Shown piece after piece: positions 1-9,143 of a DNA stretch of 64,000 nucleotides; the first letter of the stretch is position 1, and each line of letters begins with the position of its first letter. The notes under the pieces were generated by a model. It worked only from the letters and a program-made list of their open reading frames with translations, searched no databases and had not been told where the DNA came from. The DNA comes from Promethearchaeota archaeon (lineage in GTDB: Archaea; Asgardarchaeota; Lokiarchaeia; Sigyniarchaeales; SOKP01), in NCBI GenBank assembly GCA_048938895.1, contig JBHLLU010000003.1:1-64000 (forward strand). Reading direction: 5' to 3'. The position numbers were made by a program, and so were the translations under genes.

Positions 1-203
1 CGAGCAAATGGACTCATTAGTTTAAAAAATAAATTTGCTGTTTTTAGTTTTCCAAATATATGAATAAATACTCCTTTCGTTGGAAGCTCCATAAGCGAGG
101 GGATTTTTTCAGTAATCTCACTCTCCAATGATTGAGGTGCTTTTAATACTATTTGAGGCCCATAGAGAGGATCAAAACGACTTAAAATTAATGCAGCTTC
201 CAA
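1..203 (-). CDS. Partial (runs off window start) uDENN/longin-like domain protein, not in the ORF track
   Basis: Read by hand from TTG at 203: MEAALILSRFDPLYGPQIVLKAPQSLESEITEKIPSLMELPTKGVFIHIFGKLKTANLFFKLMSPFAR. Open to base 1. The FDPxxGPxI and FAR(G) motifs resemble NPRL2/folliculin-type longin domains. Confidence 0.6.
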   Translation of the reverse strand, partial: MEAALILSRFDPLYGPQIVLKAPQSLESEITEKIPSLMELPTKGVFIHIFGKLKTANLFFKLMSPFA

Positions 204-378
204 GATATTTCACGAAATCAAAGTAAATAGTCTCGAAATTTAAGTAAAAATTGAATTATTTAAATTTATTTTTAAGTTATAATTTTTAAATTAAGTGCTT
301 TACATTTTTCTAAATTCTAAGTTCGCAAAGAAATGACGTTAAACAAATCTTATAAAACGATCAATATTTTACTTAAAT

Positions 379-1062
379 ATGACGATGGATGAATATTTAC
401 AACCCACTGAATTTTTTGATTTTGATAAACCTTTAGTAAAACAAAAAGCTCTCGAAATAACTGATGGATTAGAAACTGAAAAAGAAAAGGCAATTGCCTT
501 ATTTTATTGGGTTCGGGATGAGATAAAGTATAATATGTTAACATATATTCCCTCTATTAAGGCAAATTTCAAAGCAAGTGTTACTTTAAGAAGACATAAT
601 GGATTCTGTGTATCTAAATCTATACTCCTATCATCTTTCGCTAGAGCCGTAGGAATCCCTGCACGGATTCATTTAGTAGACCTCATAAACCATAAGATCT
701 CTCAAAAAGTCATTAATTTTATGCAAACAAATGTTATGCATTACCATGGCTACAGTGAACTTTTTATAAATGGAAAATGGATTAAACTTACACCTTCATT
801 TGACCAAGGAACTGCCGTTAAAGGCCGTTTTCTCCCTATGTGTGAATTTGATGGAGAATGTGATGCTGTGTTTCCGGAATATGACAACGAAGGTAATCGG
901 TTTGGGGAATATATTTTAGATAGAGGGATCCATTCAGATTTACCACTTGAGGAGATTGCTAAAATCTTTGAGGAGAAATATCCGGCAATTAATAAATTTA
1001 CTAATGGGGAGTATCCGAAGCAAATAAAGGATAAAACTGTAACTTATAAGAAATTGGATTAA
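379..1062 (+). CDS. Transglutaminase-like cysteine protease family protein
   Basis: FYWVRDEIKY, GFCVSKSILL...RAVGIPAR, HGYSE, WIKLTPSF motifs (Cys-His core). Confidence 0.85.
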   Translation: MTMDEYLQPTEFFDFDKPLVKQKALEITDGLETEKEKAIALFYWVRDEIKYNMLTYIPSIKANFKASVTLRRHNGFCVSKSILLSSFARAVGIPARIHLVDLINHKISQKVINFMQTNVMHYHGYSELFINGKWIKLTPSFDQGTAVKGRFLPMCEFDGECDAVFPEYDNEGNRFGEYILDRGIHSDLPLEEIAKIFEEKYPAINKFTNGEYPKQIKDKTVTYKKLD

Positions 1063-1065
1063 GAA

Positions 1066-1992
1066 TTAACTAAAATAATCATCTTTTAAACCTAATTCTC
1101 TTAGATAAATTTTATATTTACCTAATTTACCTCCATAATTTCCTGCAGAAATTTTTATTAAGCCTTCCATATCTAAAATACCCTGAATTGATTTTAACAT
1201 AGTTTCTTCAACAGTTTCAAGATCTAAAGCATTAAATACAATTTCAGGAATTGAATTGACACCTTCCGGGACTTTAAATTCTTGAGTTGATAATTTACCT
1301 TTTAAGGTTGGGCAATAAGGATGATTTGTAGAAGGTCCAATTTCTGGAAAGTTGGTTTCAGGTTTAGATCCTGCAGAACAAACGTCAAAAGTCGTACACA
1401 CATTATCAATTTCAGTAATAATTTTTACTACTTCTCTCCCAATTTTAATTCCTGAGTCAACAGAATCACAAAACAACCATAAATTACCCCCCATTACCCC
1501 AGGTGCATATGAAATCTCATTTTCTATTAAAAAATCATAACCCATCATAATTGGGACATCTATTAATTTCCTTTCATATTTTTCAATTATCCATTCATAC
1601 CCATCCCCGCAGTGTCCTACGTTATTCATTACATCAAATTTATTTTCAACGTTTTTTGGATAAAAATCAAATAAAGCAGTAGTGGGCACCACTAAGATTC
1701 CCTGTCTTATTCTTCTTCCCAATTGGTCGTAAAATTTTAAAGTAGATTTTTTACCTGTGCCTGTAACCCATAACTGAACAATAGCACCTAATCTCCCATC
1801 AATACTCTCATTTTCAGTCAACCATCTCACAATTCCTCCTTCGGAATCTCCGAATACTGTTGATGGAAGTGCTGTAAAGGCATCTACTGCTCTTTTTAAA
1901 AATTGGGCATCTTGAGCAGTCACCTGCATTTGAACACACAGTCCTTCGAACGCCTCACAGTATGTATCTTCAATTATTGTCATTTTTAACAA
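1066..1992 (-). CDS. ftr: Formylmethanofuran--tetrahydromethanopterin N-formyltransferase (true start probably ATG at 1983)
   Basis: IEDTYCEAF N-terminus, GVMGGN, SAGSK, STNHPYCPTL and SAGNYGGKLG signatures. Confidence 0.93.
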   Translation of the reverse strand: MLKMTIIEDTYCEAFEGLCVQMQVTAQDAQFLKRAVDAFTALPSTVFGDSEGGIVRWLTENESIDGRLGAIVQLWVTGTGKKSTLKFYDQLGRRIRQGILVVPTTALFDFYPKNVENKFDVMNNVGHCGDGYEWIIEKYERKLIDVPIMMGYDFLIENEISYAPGVMGGNLWLFCDSVDSGIKIGREVVKIITEIDNVCTTFDVCSAGSKPETNFPEIGPSTNHPYCPTLKGKLSTQEFKVPEGVNSIPEIVFNALDLETVEETMLKSIQGILDMEGLIKISAGNYGGKLGKYKIYLRELGLKDDYFS

Positions 1993-2101
1993 CTTAATAT
2001 TAATTTCTTCTATTATTTTTTAGATACTATAAGATCTGATAAAAATTTAAAACCTATTATTAACTCTACATTATTAACTCCAAAAACAGCTCAATATTAA
2101 A

Positions 2102-3025
2102 ATGCCAAAAGCAATTGTTTTGTTTGAAATTGATCAATCATTTGGACCAAATATCTTAGCAGAATATTATCTGAAACAAGATGAAAAAATCCCATCAAAT
2201 ATATTAAAAGAATTTTCTGAGAAACATGTTAAAAAAGGTTATCCAGATGTAACTATTCGAGATGAAAATAATCGCTATTATTCAAATATGGTAAATAGCG
2301 AGTCTATAGAAAAAGAAAATCTCTATTTAGCATTTATCCTACAAGAAGAAGAGGATCTCCTCTCTGTACAAAGTGCATTTAAAAATATCGAAGAAATACT
2401 ACTTCAAAATTTCTCAAACGATAAAAAGAAGATGACTGGAATTTTAAAAGAAGGTTTAAACTCCGTGATGAGTATGATTGAGAAACTTAAAGAACCCAAA
2501 ATAATAAAAGATATTTTGAATGAAAGAACAAAGAAAATGCTTGATGATGGGTTACTCCAAGAAGCCAGAGAATTAATTGATATTGGGGAAGAAATTCCAG
2601 AAAAACTTGCTGAAGAAGTAAAGATTGCCGATGAATTTTTAGAAGTCAAAGACTATAAAAAAGCTAAAAAGAGTTTTTTGAAAGCTTCTGAGTTAGCTTC
2701 AGTTATTCAAGAAGAAGCAATTTCATCTTTTTTAGTAAATAAAGGTGAAAAAGTAGGATTGTTTCCAGATTTGTTAAAAGAACGTGAAAATCTTAATAGA
2801 GAAATAAAAAAAGTTACCACTGAACTAAATTCAAATAAATTATACCTTTTTGAAATGTTAAATGATCCCGTTGATAGATTAATTGAGATTTCTAACAATT
2901 TTGAAGAATCTGAAGAAAGTAATGAATTAACAAAATTAAAAAATAATATCCAGAGAGCTTCACGTCTTGCGAAAGAATTAGAAGGACTTAAAAATAAGAT
3001 AAAAGAAAATTTCTCAAAATATTAG
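2102..3025 (+). CDS. Asgard-type protein: uDENN/longin-like N-terminus plus helical TPR/coiled-coil C-terminus
   Basis: AIVLFEIDQSFGPNILAEY N-terminal motif; helical repeat (ADEFLEVKDYKKAKKSFLKASELA) and heptad-rich tail. Confidence 0.55.
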   Translation: MPKAIVLFEIDQSFGPNILAEYYLKQDEKIPSNILKEFSEKHVKKGYPDVTIRDENNRYYSNMVNSESIEKENLYLAFILQEEEDLLSVQSAFKNIEEILLQNFSNDKKKMTGILKEGLNSVMSMIEKLKEPKIIKDILNERTKKMLDDGLLQEARELIDIGEEIPEKLAEEVKIADEFLEVKDYKKAKKSFLKASELASVIQEEAISSFLVNKGEKVGLFPDLLKERENLNREIKKVTTELNSNKLYLFEMLNDPVDRLIEISNNFEESEESNELTKLKNNIQRASRLAKELEGLKNKIKENFSKY

Positions 3026-3032
3026 TTTAACC

Positions 3033-4844
3033 TTATGGTTCTTCATCTAATGATGGTTCCTGCGAGATTGGTGGAACATATTCCCCAATATCTTTAAATA
3101 TTATTTTTGCGATATCCCATCCTTTCTGAGTTGGGTATACTAATGCATTTTGTATCAAATCTTCTCCAATTTCATTGTTTAACTCAACTTTATGAATATC
3201 CGGATTATCCTTAAGAATCATTTCATATTTGGCTCCCCCTGTACCTGTTGGCACAATTAAAATCCCATAATCTATTACTTTTTCAGTAATAGCGTCTTTC
3301 AAGCGTTTTGCAGCATAGTATCCCGCGACTCCTGCACTTCTATCAAAGGTTTTAATTGATGGGATTTCTAAACCCCATTTTTTACCTTCTGCTTCAATTA
3401 AAGCAGCTAAAGTCTGTGATCTTTTGCCCATTTTAAATTTAAATTCCATCTGTGTTTTGTATTTCTTACGTTTATCGTCACCTACCATATTGATACACTT
3501 TAGAGTAGCTCCTGCAACAGATTGAGGATTAACATCTATAGAATACTCTTCTTCAGCCAAAATATCTTCAATCGTTTTCTTAATTACCTCTCTAGGTTTT
3601 GAAAAATCAACAACTTCCTCTTCTATCTCTGATGGAGGTTTAGCAGTTGCTACAATGTCAGCACCTACTTCTAATAATTCTTCCACGGTCATCTCTTCCA
3701 TAACAACCTTGTCAATAAATCTTCTACAAAGTTTGATGGAATTCCGTGGATTTCCTTTGGTTTTTTCATATATCATCTCAATTAATTTTTCATTTAATGG
3801 GAACAAGGGATACAGTGGAGGATTTAAATTATTATCTTCCCAAAAAGTCTCCATAGATCGAGAAAAGAATATTTTTAGATCATTTAGGCTAAAAGGTTTT
3901 AATTCTTGTTCAGGCTCCATTCTTGATCGTAATGGAGCATCTGCAATTTCAATAATTCTTGGCCAAATTTCCTTTAATACAGCGATAGTAATAACTAATC
4001 CCTTCACTTCATTATATAATCTTTTTAAAATTTCAAGAAATTTTCTCTCAGCAGCTTCACCAAGCATTCGATATGGTGATTCAAGTTCATCGAAATACAA
4101 AATAAGTACTTTATCTAAGTTTTCAGTAACAATTTTAATTAAAGCAAGGCATACATCATCCTCTTCGACAACCGAATTTATACCTAATTCAGTCAACTCC
4201 TCATCTTCTAAATCTTCTCCAAGGAGCCACCTTTCTGCGAGAGCTTTCTTTGATTTATCTAATTGATAAGTAACCAATGCTTTTACACAATCTGCAAAAA
4301 CGCCAGGAAATTCTCTAATACCAATTTGAATTACTTCATCAATCTTAGGTTTTTGAAATATCCCTTTTTTTTCACCCCCCCATTTTCTCACTAATTTTTC
4401 AGAAACTATATCTAGCAATCCAGCACCAAGTTCTTCAATCATACAGGTATACACATGAAGTAATACACGGATACTCGCAGGGGGACTAGGAACGTAAACA
4501 ATAGTCCAATCAACCGGAAGTACACCTACTTCTATTTCTTGGTCCTCTTGGGATTGTTCTAATTTCTTTTTATTTTCTCGTTCCTTATCTTTAAAAGAGT
4601 GGTATGCATGGGTTTTCCCTGAACCCGCACTTCCTAATACAGGAATTAATCGACTGCTTCTATCCCTAAATGTTTGTTGTACAAGTCTATAAACTTCTCG
4701 GTCAATATAAGCTCTAGGTCTGGCTACATCTATTTTATCGGGTAGATCACCACGAGACACAAAATTAGAAAAAGGCAATATTGGGGCTTCTCGCAGCACA
4801 TCTAAATACATTGCTTTATCGTCATCTGAGAGTTCTGAGTACAT
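3033..4844 (-). CDS. AAA+/STAND-like P-loop ATPase with extra C-terminal domain
   Basis: Walker A GSAGSGKT, Walker B LYFDELE, Arg-finger-like LRSRM, GNPR motif; about 190 aa alpha/beta C-terminal domain. Confidence 0.75.
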   Translation of the reverse strand: MYSELSDDDKAMYLDVLREAPILPFSNFVSRGDLPDKIDVARPRAYIDREVYRLVQQTFRDRSSRLIPVLGSAGSGKTHAYHSFKDKERENKKKLEQSQEDQEIEVGVLPVDWTIVYVPSPPASIRVLLHVYTCMIEELGAGLLDIVSEKLVRKWGGEKKGIFQKPKIDEVIQIGIREFPGVFADCVKALVTYQLDKSKKALAERWLLGEDLEDEELTELGINSVVEEDDVCLALIKIVTENLDKVLILYFDELESPYRMLGEAAERKFLEILKRLYNEVKGLVITIAVLKEIWPRIIEIADAPLRSRMEPEQELKPFSLNDLKIFFSRSMETFWEDNNLNPPLYPLFPLNEKLIEMIYEKTKGNPRNSIKLCRRFIDKVVMEEMTVEELLEVGADIVATAKPPSEIEEEVVDFSKPREVIKKTIEDILAEEEYSIDVNPQSVAGATLKCINMVGDDKRKKYKTQMEFKFKMGKRSQTLAALIEAEGKKWGLEIPSIKTFDRSAGVAGYYAAKRLKDAITEKVIDYGILIVPTGTGGAKYEMILKDNPDIHKVELNNEIGEDLIQNALVYPTQKGWDIAKIIFKDIGEYVPPISQEPSLDEEP

Positions 4845-5034
4845 TTTAATCTCCTTTCCATTTTTTACTTTTTGATAACTATAATTTTATTTGGATTAAA
4901 TTTATTAGTTTAGACAATTTTCTCTAGTATATAAGCTATTTAGTTATTAGCTTTTATAATATTAAATTAAAAATATAGCTTATTAAATTTAATTGATATG
5001 TAGAAATTCAATTACAATCGGAGATTGATATAAT

Positions 5035-5712
5035 ATGCCAAGTGGAGATGATTATGAAGATGAGGAAGATGAAGAAGATGAGGAGGAAGAAAATGATACT
5101 TTTGACTTTTCTAAAATATTTGGTGATCCAAGTAATTTTTATTCCGATCCGAATAAATTTTTCATAGATCCAAATAAACTATTTAGTTCCAAACAATTTA
5201 GACAACTATTTAATGATATTTTTGAGAAAATAACCAAGAATTTACCTCCTGAGTTTCAGAATTTATCCCCAGAAGATTTGATGAGGGAATTCAGAAAGAA
5301 TAAGTCTAAATTTGGTTTGAATTCTCCAATAATGTATGGTTTTAATATTAACATTGATAAAGACGGAAAACCAAGAATAGATTCTTTCGGAAATATTAAA
5401 CCAAAACCTTATTCAGGAAAACCAGTAGTAAAGTCAAAGAGAGAGCCTTTAGTAGAAGTTAGCGAAGAAAAAGATCAGATTATAGTAATTGCAGAAATGC
5501 CTGGTGTTGATCGTGATGAGATTGAACTTAATTATATCAACCAAAGCTTAATTATATCCACCAAAGAAACAGCTAAAAGAGATTATTATAAAGAAGTAAA
5601 ATTATCTTCAGCTGTGAACTTAGATGTAGCTAAAGCTCGCTATTCTAATGGAATTCTTGAAGTTAGATTGAAGAAAAATGATGAAAGACGTACTAATATC
5701 CAAATTGATTAA
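5035..5712 (+). CDS. hsp20: Archaeal small heat shock protein (Hsp20/alpha-crystallin)
   Basis: YGFNINIDKDGKPRIDSFGN, REPLVEV, AEMPGV, ARYSNGILEV. Confidence 0.93.
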   Translation: MPSGDDYEDEEDEEDEEEENDTFDFSKIFGDPSNFYSDPNKFFIDPNKLFSSKQFRQLFNDIFEKITKNLPPEFQNLSPEDLMREFRKNKSKFGLNSPIMYGFNINIDKDGKPRIDSFGNIKPKPYSGKPVVKSKREPLVEVSEEKDQIIVIAEMPGVDRDEIELNYINQSLIISTKETAKRDYYKEVKLSSAVNLDVAKARYSNGILEVRLKKNDERRTNIQID

Positions 5713-5842
5713 ATATTCTAACTTAATTATTAAACTTAATCCTTTTAATTATTTTCAAAAACTTGGTCTATTTAAAACAAAAAGATTTATTAATAATTTT
5801 AACAAATAGACTTCTTAATTAACTCTTTATAGGTAAAAAAAG

Positions 5843-6859
5843 ATGTCTGAAGATAAGGAATATTTGTCTAAGCGAGCACTAATGATAATCGGAATAGTTT
5901 CATTAATTATACTGCTTTTAGGAATAATACTTATCTATGCAGGTTTAAACGAGGAGTTCTATAGTGAATCGGGGCAATCAATCTTTAAAATGATTACTTA
6001 TCTTGGTGAACCAGTAGTATTTCTGGTGATCATTATTATTTTATACCTCGTTTACAATAAAAAAGTGGCAAAAAATGTACTTCTTAGTTTATTAGTTACT
6101 TATTACATAAATGCATGGGTTAAAAATATATTTCAAGATGACTACAGGCCGGCTGGAAACAGCGACCCTTCAGAAGATTATGGATTAATAGAAACTTCCT
6201 ATGGATTCCCATCAGGTCATACTCAAAATGCAACAGGTTTTTGGGGATATCTAAGTTATAAGTTTAAAGATAATTATAGATATAAACAAATTCCTATAAT
6301 TCCATTAATCCTTTCATGTGTAATTTTTCTTGTCGCCCTCTCAAGAGTAGTAATAGGAGTACATGATTTACAGGATGTTATAGGAGGATTACTATTAGGT
6401 ATTGGAATATTGTTATTATTTATTTACCTCGAACCTATTCTGTCCAAGCAGTTTAATCGGTTAACTATTATGACGAAGATAATTGTAACAATAATAATCT
6501 CTGTCGGTTTATTTCTGATTGGAACTCTTTTATATCCAACGACAGGTATGGGATTGGTTACACCATCAGTGTCTTATGCAGATGCAGGAGCTTTCGGATT
6601 GGTTGGAGGAGTTATATTAGGATTTGGTGTAGGATATAGTTTAGAACAAGAGTATGTAAAATATGATCCTTCCTCATTGACCAACAAAAAGAAAATTATC
6701 AATGTATTATTAGGTTTAATAATTGCATTAGTTATCTTTATTCCTTTTGAATATCTCTTAGAGATTGACAGTGTTTTCTATAGGTTTTTCAGATATGCAC
6801 TAGTGGCATTCATAATAAGTTATATAGTTCCCTTGATATGTGTAAAAATTAATAAATAA
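5843..6859 (+). CDS. PAP2-family membrane phosphatase
   Basis: K...RP, FPSGH and SRVVIGVH motifs; multiple TM segments. Confidence 0.9.
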   Translation: MSEDKEYLSKRALMIIGIVSLIILLLGIILIYAGLNEEFYSESGQSIFKMITYLGEPVVFLVIIIILYLVYNKKVAKNVLLSLLVTYYINAWVKNIFQDDYRPAGNSDPSEDYGLIETSYGFPSGHTQNATGFWGYLSYKFKDNYRYKQIPIIPLILSCVIFLVALSRVVIGVHDLQDVIGGLLLGIGILLLFIYLEPILSKQFNRLTIMTKIIVTIIISVGLFLIGTLLYPTTGMGLVTPSVSYADAGAFGLVGGVILGFGVGYSLEQEYVKYDPSSLTNKKKIINVLLGLIIALVIFIPFEYLLEIDSVFYRFFRYALVAFIISYIVPLICVKINK

Positions 6860-6900
6860 CTTACCCTTTTTTTTTGGTTTTTGGATAAAAGTATTAGGGC

Positions 6901-7059
6901 TTAATTTGCTATCTCAATACTTTCCCTTGCGACTTCTTTTAAAAGAATCCGATTTATGATATTTTTGTCGCTTTCTCTGACCTCATTATGAGGGGTAATA
7001 ATCTGATTTATATAAATATCATCACGAGTGGGATGACCAAGTACTTCTTCTAATATCAT
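6901..7059 (-). CDS. Possible 52-aa small protein or gene remnant (below ORF-track cutoff)
   Basis: ATG..TAA open frame MILEEVLGHPTRDDIYINQIITPHNEVRESDKNIINRILLKEVARESIEIAN fills an otherwise empty gap. Confidence 0.3.
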   Translation of the reverse strand: MILEEVLGHPTRDDIYINQIITPHNEVRESDKNIINRILLKEVARESIEIAN

Positions 7060-7291
7060 CTTAACTAAAGAAAGCGGGTACTGGTATATAAAATTTCCTA
7101 TTCATCAATGGACTAAAAGAAAGAATTTTTTATATAAAAAATAAAAAATTGTTTTAAATCGATTAAATTAGTTTGAAAAAGAGATATATTTTGAGATCCA
7201 ATTAAAGAACTCAAATTTTTCTAATCAGCTATAAAGGAGCACGATGATATTGCCGAAAAAGCAATCAGGATATTCATGTATTTTTCTAATT

Positions 7292-7780
7292 CTATTTTAA
7301 TAGGGCTAAATAAGGGAAAATTTTCTTCCTTTTCTTAGGATCTTTTACACTTTCTAAGATTTTTTTTGCTAATTCCTTTTTCTTTTCAAAATAAGTTTTC
7401 ATTATCTCTTCAATAGTCATTCCGGGATAACGCTCAACTAAAGCAACATCTCTCCGGGGGCATCCTCCAGCTCTCATACAGCAATAAGACATTGATTCAA
7501 AACAAGGAATATCTGAATCCCAATTATTCTCCTCTGAGAATTCTTCCTTAATTCTAATAAATTCTTCTTGAGTTATACCTATTTCTAAAAGTACATCATC
7601 TCTCCTACATTTATATCCAAAAGTCAGAGAAAAACCGGGTTTACAACAGAATGTTAAGGCTCTATAATCACCCCCCATGCAAATTGGGACCGGAGCGTCT
7701 CTTTCCCAACCTGGTAAATCACGAAGCTTGTTTTTATCTAAATTCACCATTATCTCATACCCCCCTTGCACCAGATTCAA
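7292..7780 (-). CDS. Methanogenesis marker 9 domain-like Cys-rich protein (start probably the second Met)
   Basis: WERDAPVPICMGGDYRALTFCCKP...CFESMSYCC...CPRRD pattern. Confidence 0.7.
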   Translation of the reverse strand: MNLVQGGYEIMVNLDKNKLRDLPGWERDAPVPICMGGDYRALTFCCKPGFSLTFGYKCRRDDVLLEIGITQEEFIRIKEEFSEENNWDSDIPCFESMSYCCMRAGGCPRRDVALVERYPGMTIEEIMKTYFEKKKELAKKILESVKDPKKRKKIFPYLALLK

Positions 7781-7797
7781 TATGTTAAATAAAAGAG

Positions 7798-7869
7798 GGC
7801 TCGGAGGGGGTATCGATCCCCCGTCTAAGGATTCACAGTCCTCAATTCTACCATTAAACTACCCGAGCC
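7798..7869 (-). tRNA. tRNA-His (GUG), G-1 encoded, no intron, CCA not encoded
   Basis: Cloverleaf on the minus strand: G-1, acceptor GCTCGGG/TCCGAGC, discriminator C, anticodon arm GAGGA-CTGTGAA-TCCTT, T arm GGGGG-ATCGATA-CCCCC. Confidence 0.95.
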
Positions 7870-7917
7870 AAAATAGATTTTTACGTAGTTTTTATAATAT
7901 TTACCGTTAAAAAAGTT

Positions 7918-8490
7918 TTAAGGTTTTTTCTTCTCTACTATTTTTACAAAATATTTTAGGAGAGAGTTAATTGCATCCTCTAATTTTCCTGAATTGTCTA
8001 TAATAAAATCGGCTAATGGAAAATGTTGGTTGACCCTTGCTCGTTCAATTCTTTCTTTAAGTAGATCTTGTCTCTCTCTTTTTCGATTCTTAATACGTTG
8101 GTATGTGATGTCAAAAGGGACTTCAATAAATATCACCTTAACATTCTTATATTTCTCTTTGGCTTCTTTTACAATAGTACGACTAACGTTTATGATTACA
8201 GGGTTTCCCTTTTCAAGGTAATTCTCTATTTCTACCGGTATTCCATAGTTTAGACCATATATAGACCATTTCAATGCAAATTTTCCTTGTAATTCCATTT
8301 CATTAAACATTTCTGGAGAGACTGGAATATTAGTTTCAAATTCTGATGGTTCTCTTGTAATATATCTTTTAGGTGCATAAATTCGCTTTAAACTTGAAGG
8401 ATATTTTTGAATTACGCCAGAAATTATTGAATCTTTACCAGAACCTGAGTTTCCTACAATCAAAAATAATATCCCATGGAAGTTTTTCAC
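7918..8490 (-). CDS. phnN: Ribose 1,5-bisphosphate phosphokinase PhnN (guanylate-kinase fold)
   Basis: VGNSGSGKDS, RYITR, FALKWSIYGLNYGIP, INVSR, IDNSGKLEDA. Confidence 0.8.
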   Translation of the reverse strand: MKNFHGILFLIVGNSGSGKDSIISGVIQKYPSSLKRIYAPKRYITREPSEFETNIPVSPEMFNEMELQGKFALKWSIYGLNYGIPVEIENYLEKGNPVIINVSRTIVKEAKEKYKNVKVIFIEVPFDITYQRIKNRKRERQDLLKERIERARVNQHFPLADFIIDNSGKLEDAINSLLKYFVKIVEKKKP

Positions 8491-8656
8491 AAAATATCCT
8501 CTTTTCGATTCAAATTGACTAATTTTAGTAATATTAGCTTGAATATATAGATTCTAATAATAACTTTTCATTCATAAACAAAAAAAATTAAAGGATGATT
8601 GGTGTTATCAAACTTACTGAAATATTTTTTATTTATTAACTATCAAATTTAAGAAA

Positions 8657-9079
8657 ATGGTGAAAAAAAGCAATCAAGGAAAAACAGAAATAACAGAGGT
8701 ACCTGAGAGTTATCAGAGATATTTAGATGAAATCTACATTATTTCAAGAAAAAAAAAAGGAGGTTGGGTAACCAACAAAGAAATTGCTGAAAGTTTAAAA
8801 ATAGAACCTCCTTCAGTAAGCGGTATGTTAGAGAAATTAAAAAAAAAGGGATTAATTAAATGGGAACCAAGAAAATCAATACGATTGACTGAAAAAGGGA
8901 AATCAATTGCTAAACAATTAGATGAGGTCCATAGCCTGCTATACCAATTTTTTGCAAAAGTGTTAAAAATCACAGATAAAGATGTTATAGAAAATTTGTC
9001 TTGCGAGATAGAGCATCATATTACTCACGATGTTAAATTATCCTTAGAAGAATTTCTCTCAAAATACTTAGATGGTTAA
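8657..9079 (+). CDS. DtxR/MntR-family metal-dependent transcriptional regulator
   Basis: YLDEIY, EIAESLKIEPPSVSGMLEKL HTH, LTEKG, CEIEHH. Confidence 0.92.
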   Translation: MVKKSNQGKTEITEVPESYQRYLDEIYIISRKKKGGWVTNKEIAESLKIEPPSVSGMLEKLKKKGLIKWEPRKSIRLTEKGKSIAKQLDEVHSLLYQFFAKVLKITDKDVIENLSCEIEHHITHDVKLSLEEFLSKYLDG

Positions 9080-9143
9080 GTTTAATTGATATTATTAATT
9101 CAATGAATCAAACACCATACTTACTTTATTATCATAGATTAAG

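Noticed and set aside
3655-4266. 203-aa plus-strand ORF and the many other short antisense ORFs in the track
   Set aside because: They lie opposite well-supported genes and have Ser/Ile/Phe-rich shadow composition with no motifs.
7060-7291. Possible integrated element or transposase remnant near tRNA-His
   Set aside because: No integrase, att-like duplication of the tRNA 3' end or terminal repeats were found; only short broken frames.
7677-7910. 77-aa ORF across the tRNA
   Set aside because: It is antisense to tRNA-His and the marker-9 gene; the cloverleaf explains the GC-rich sequence.
8590-8625. C/D-box-like motifs (GATGAT...CTGA) between phnN and the DtxR gene
   Set aside because: The spacing is too short for a two-guide archaeal sRNA and the C box is imperfect.
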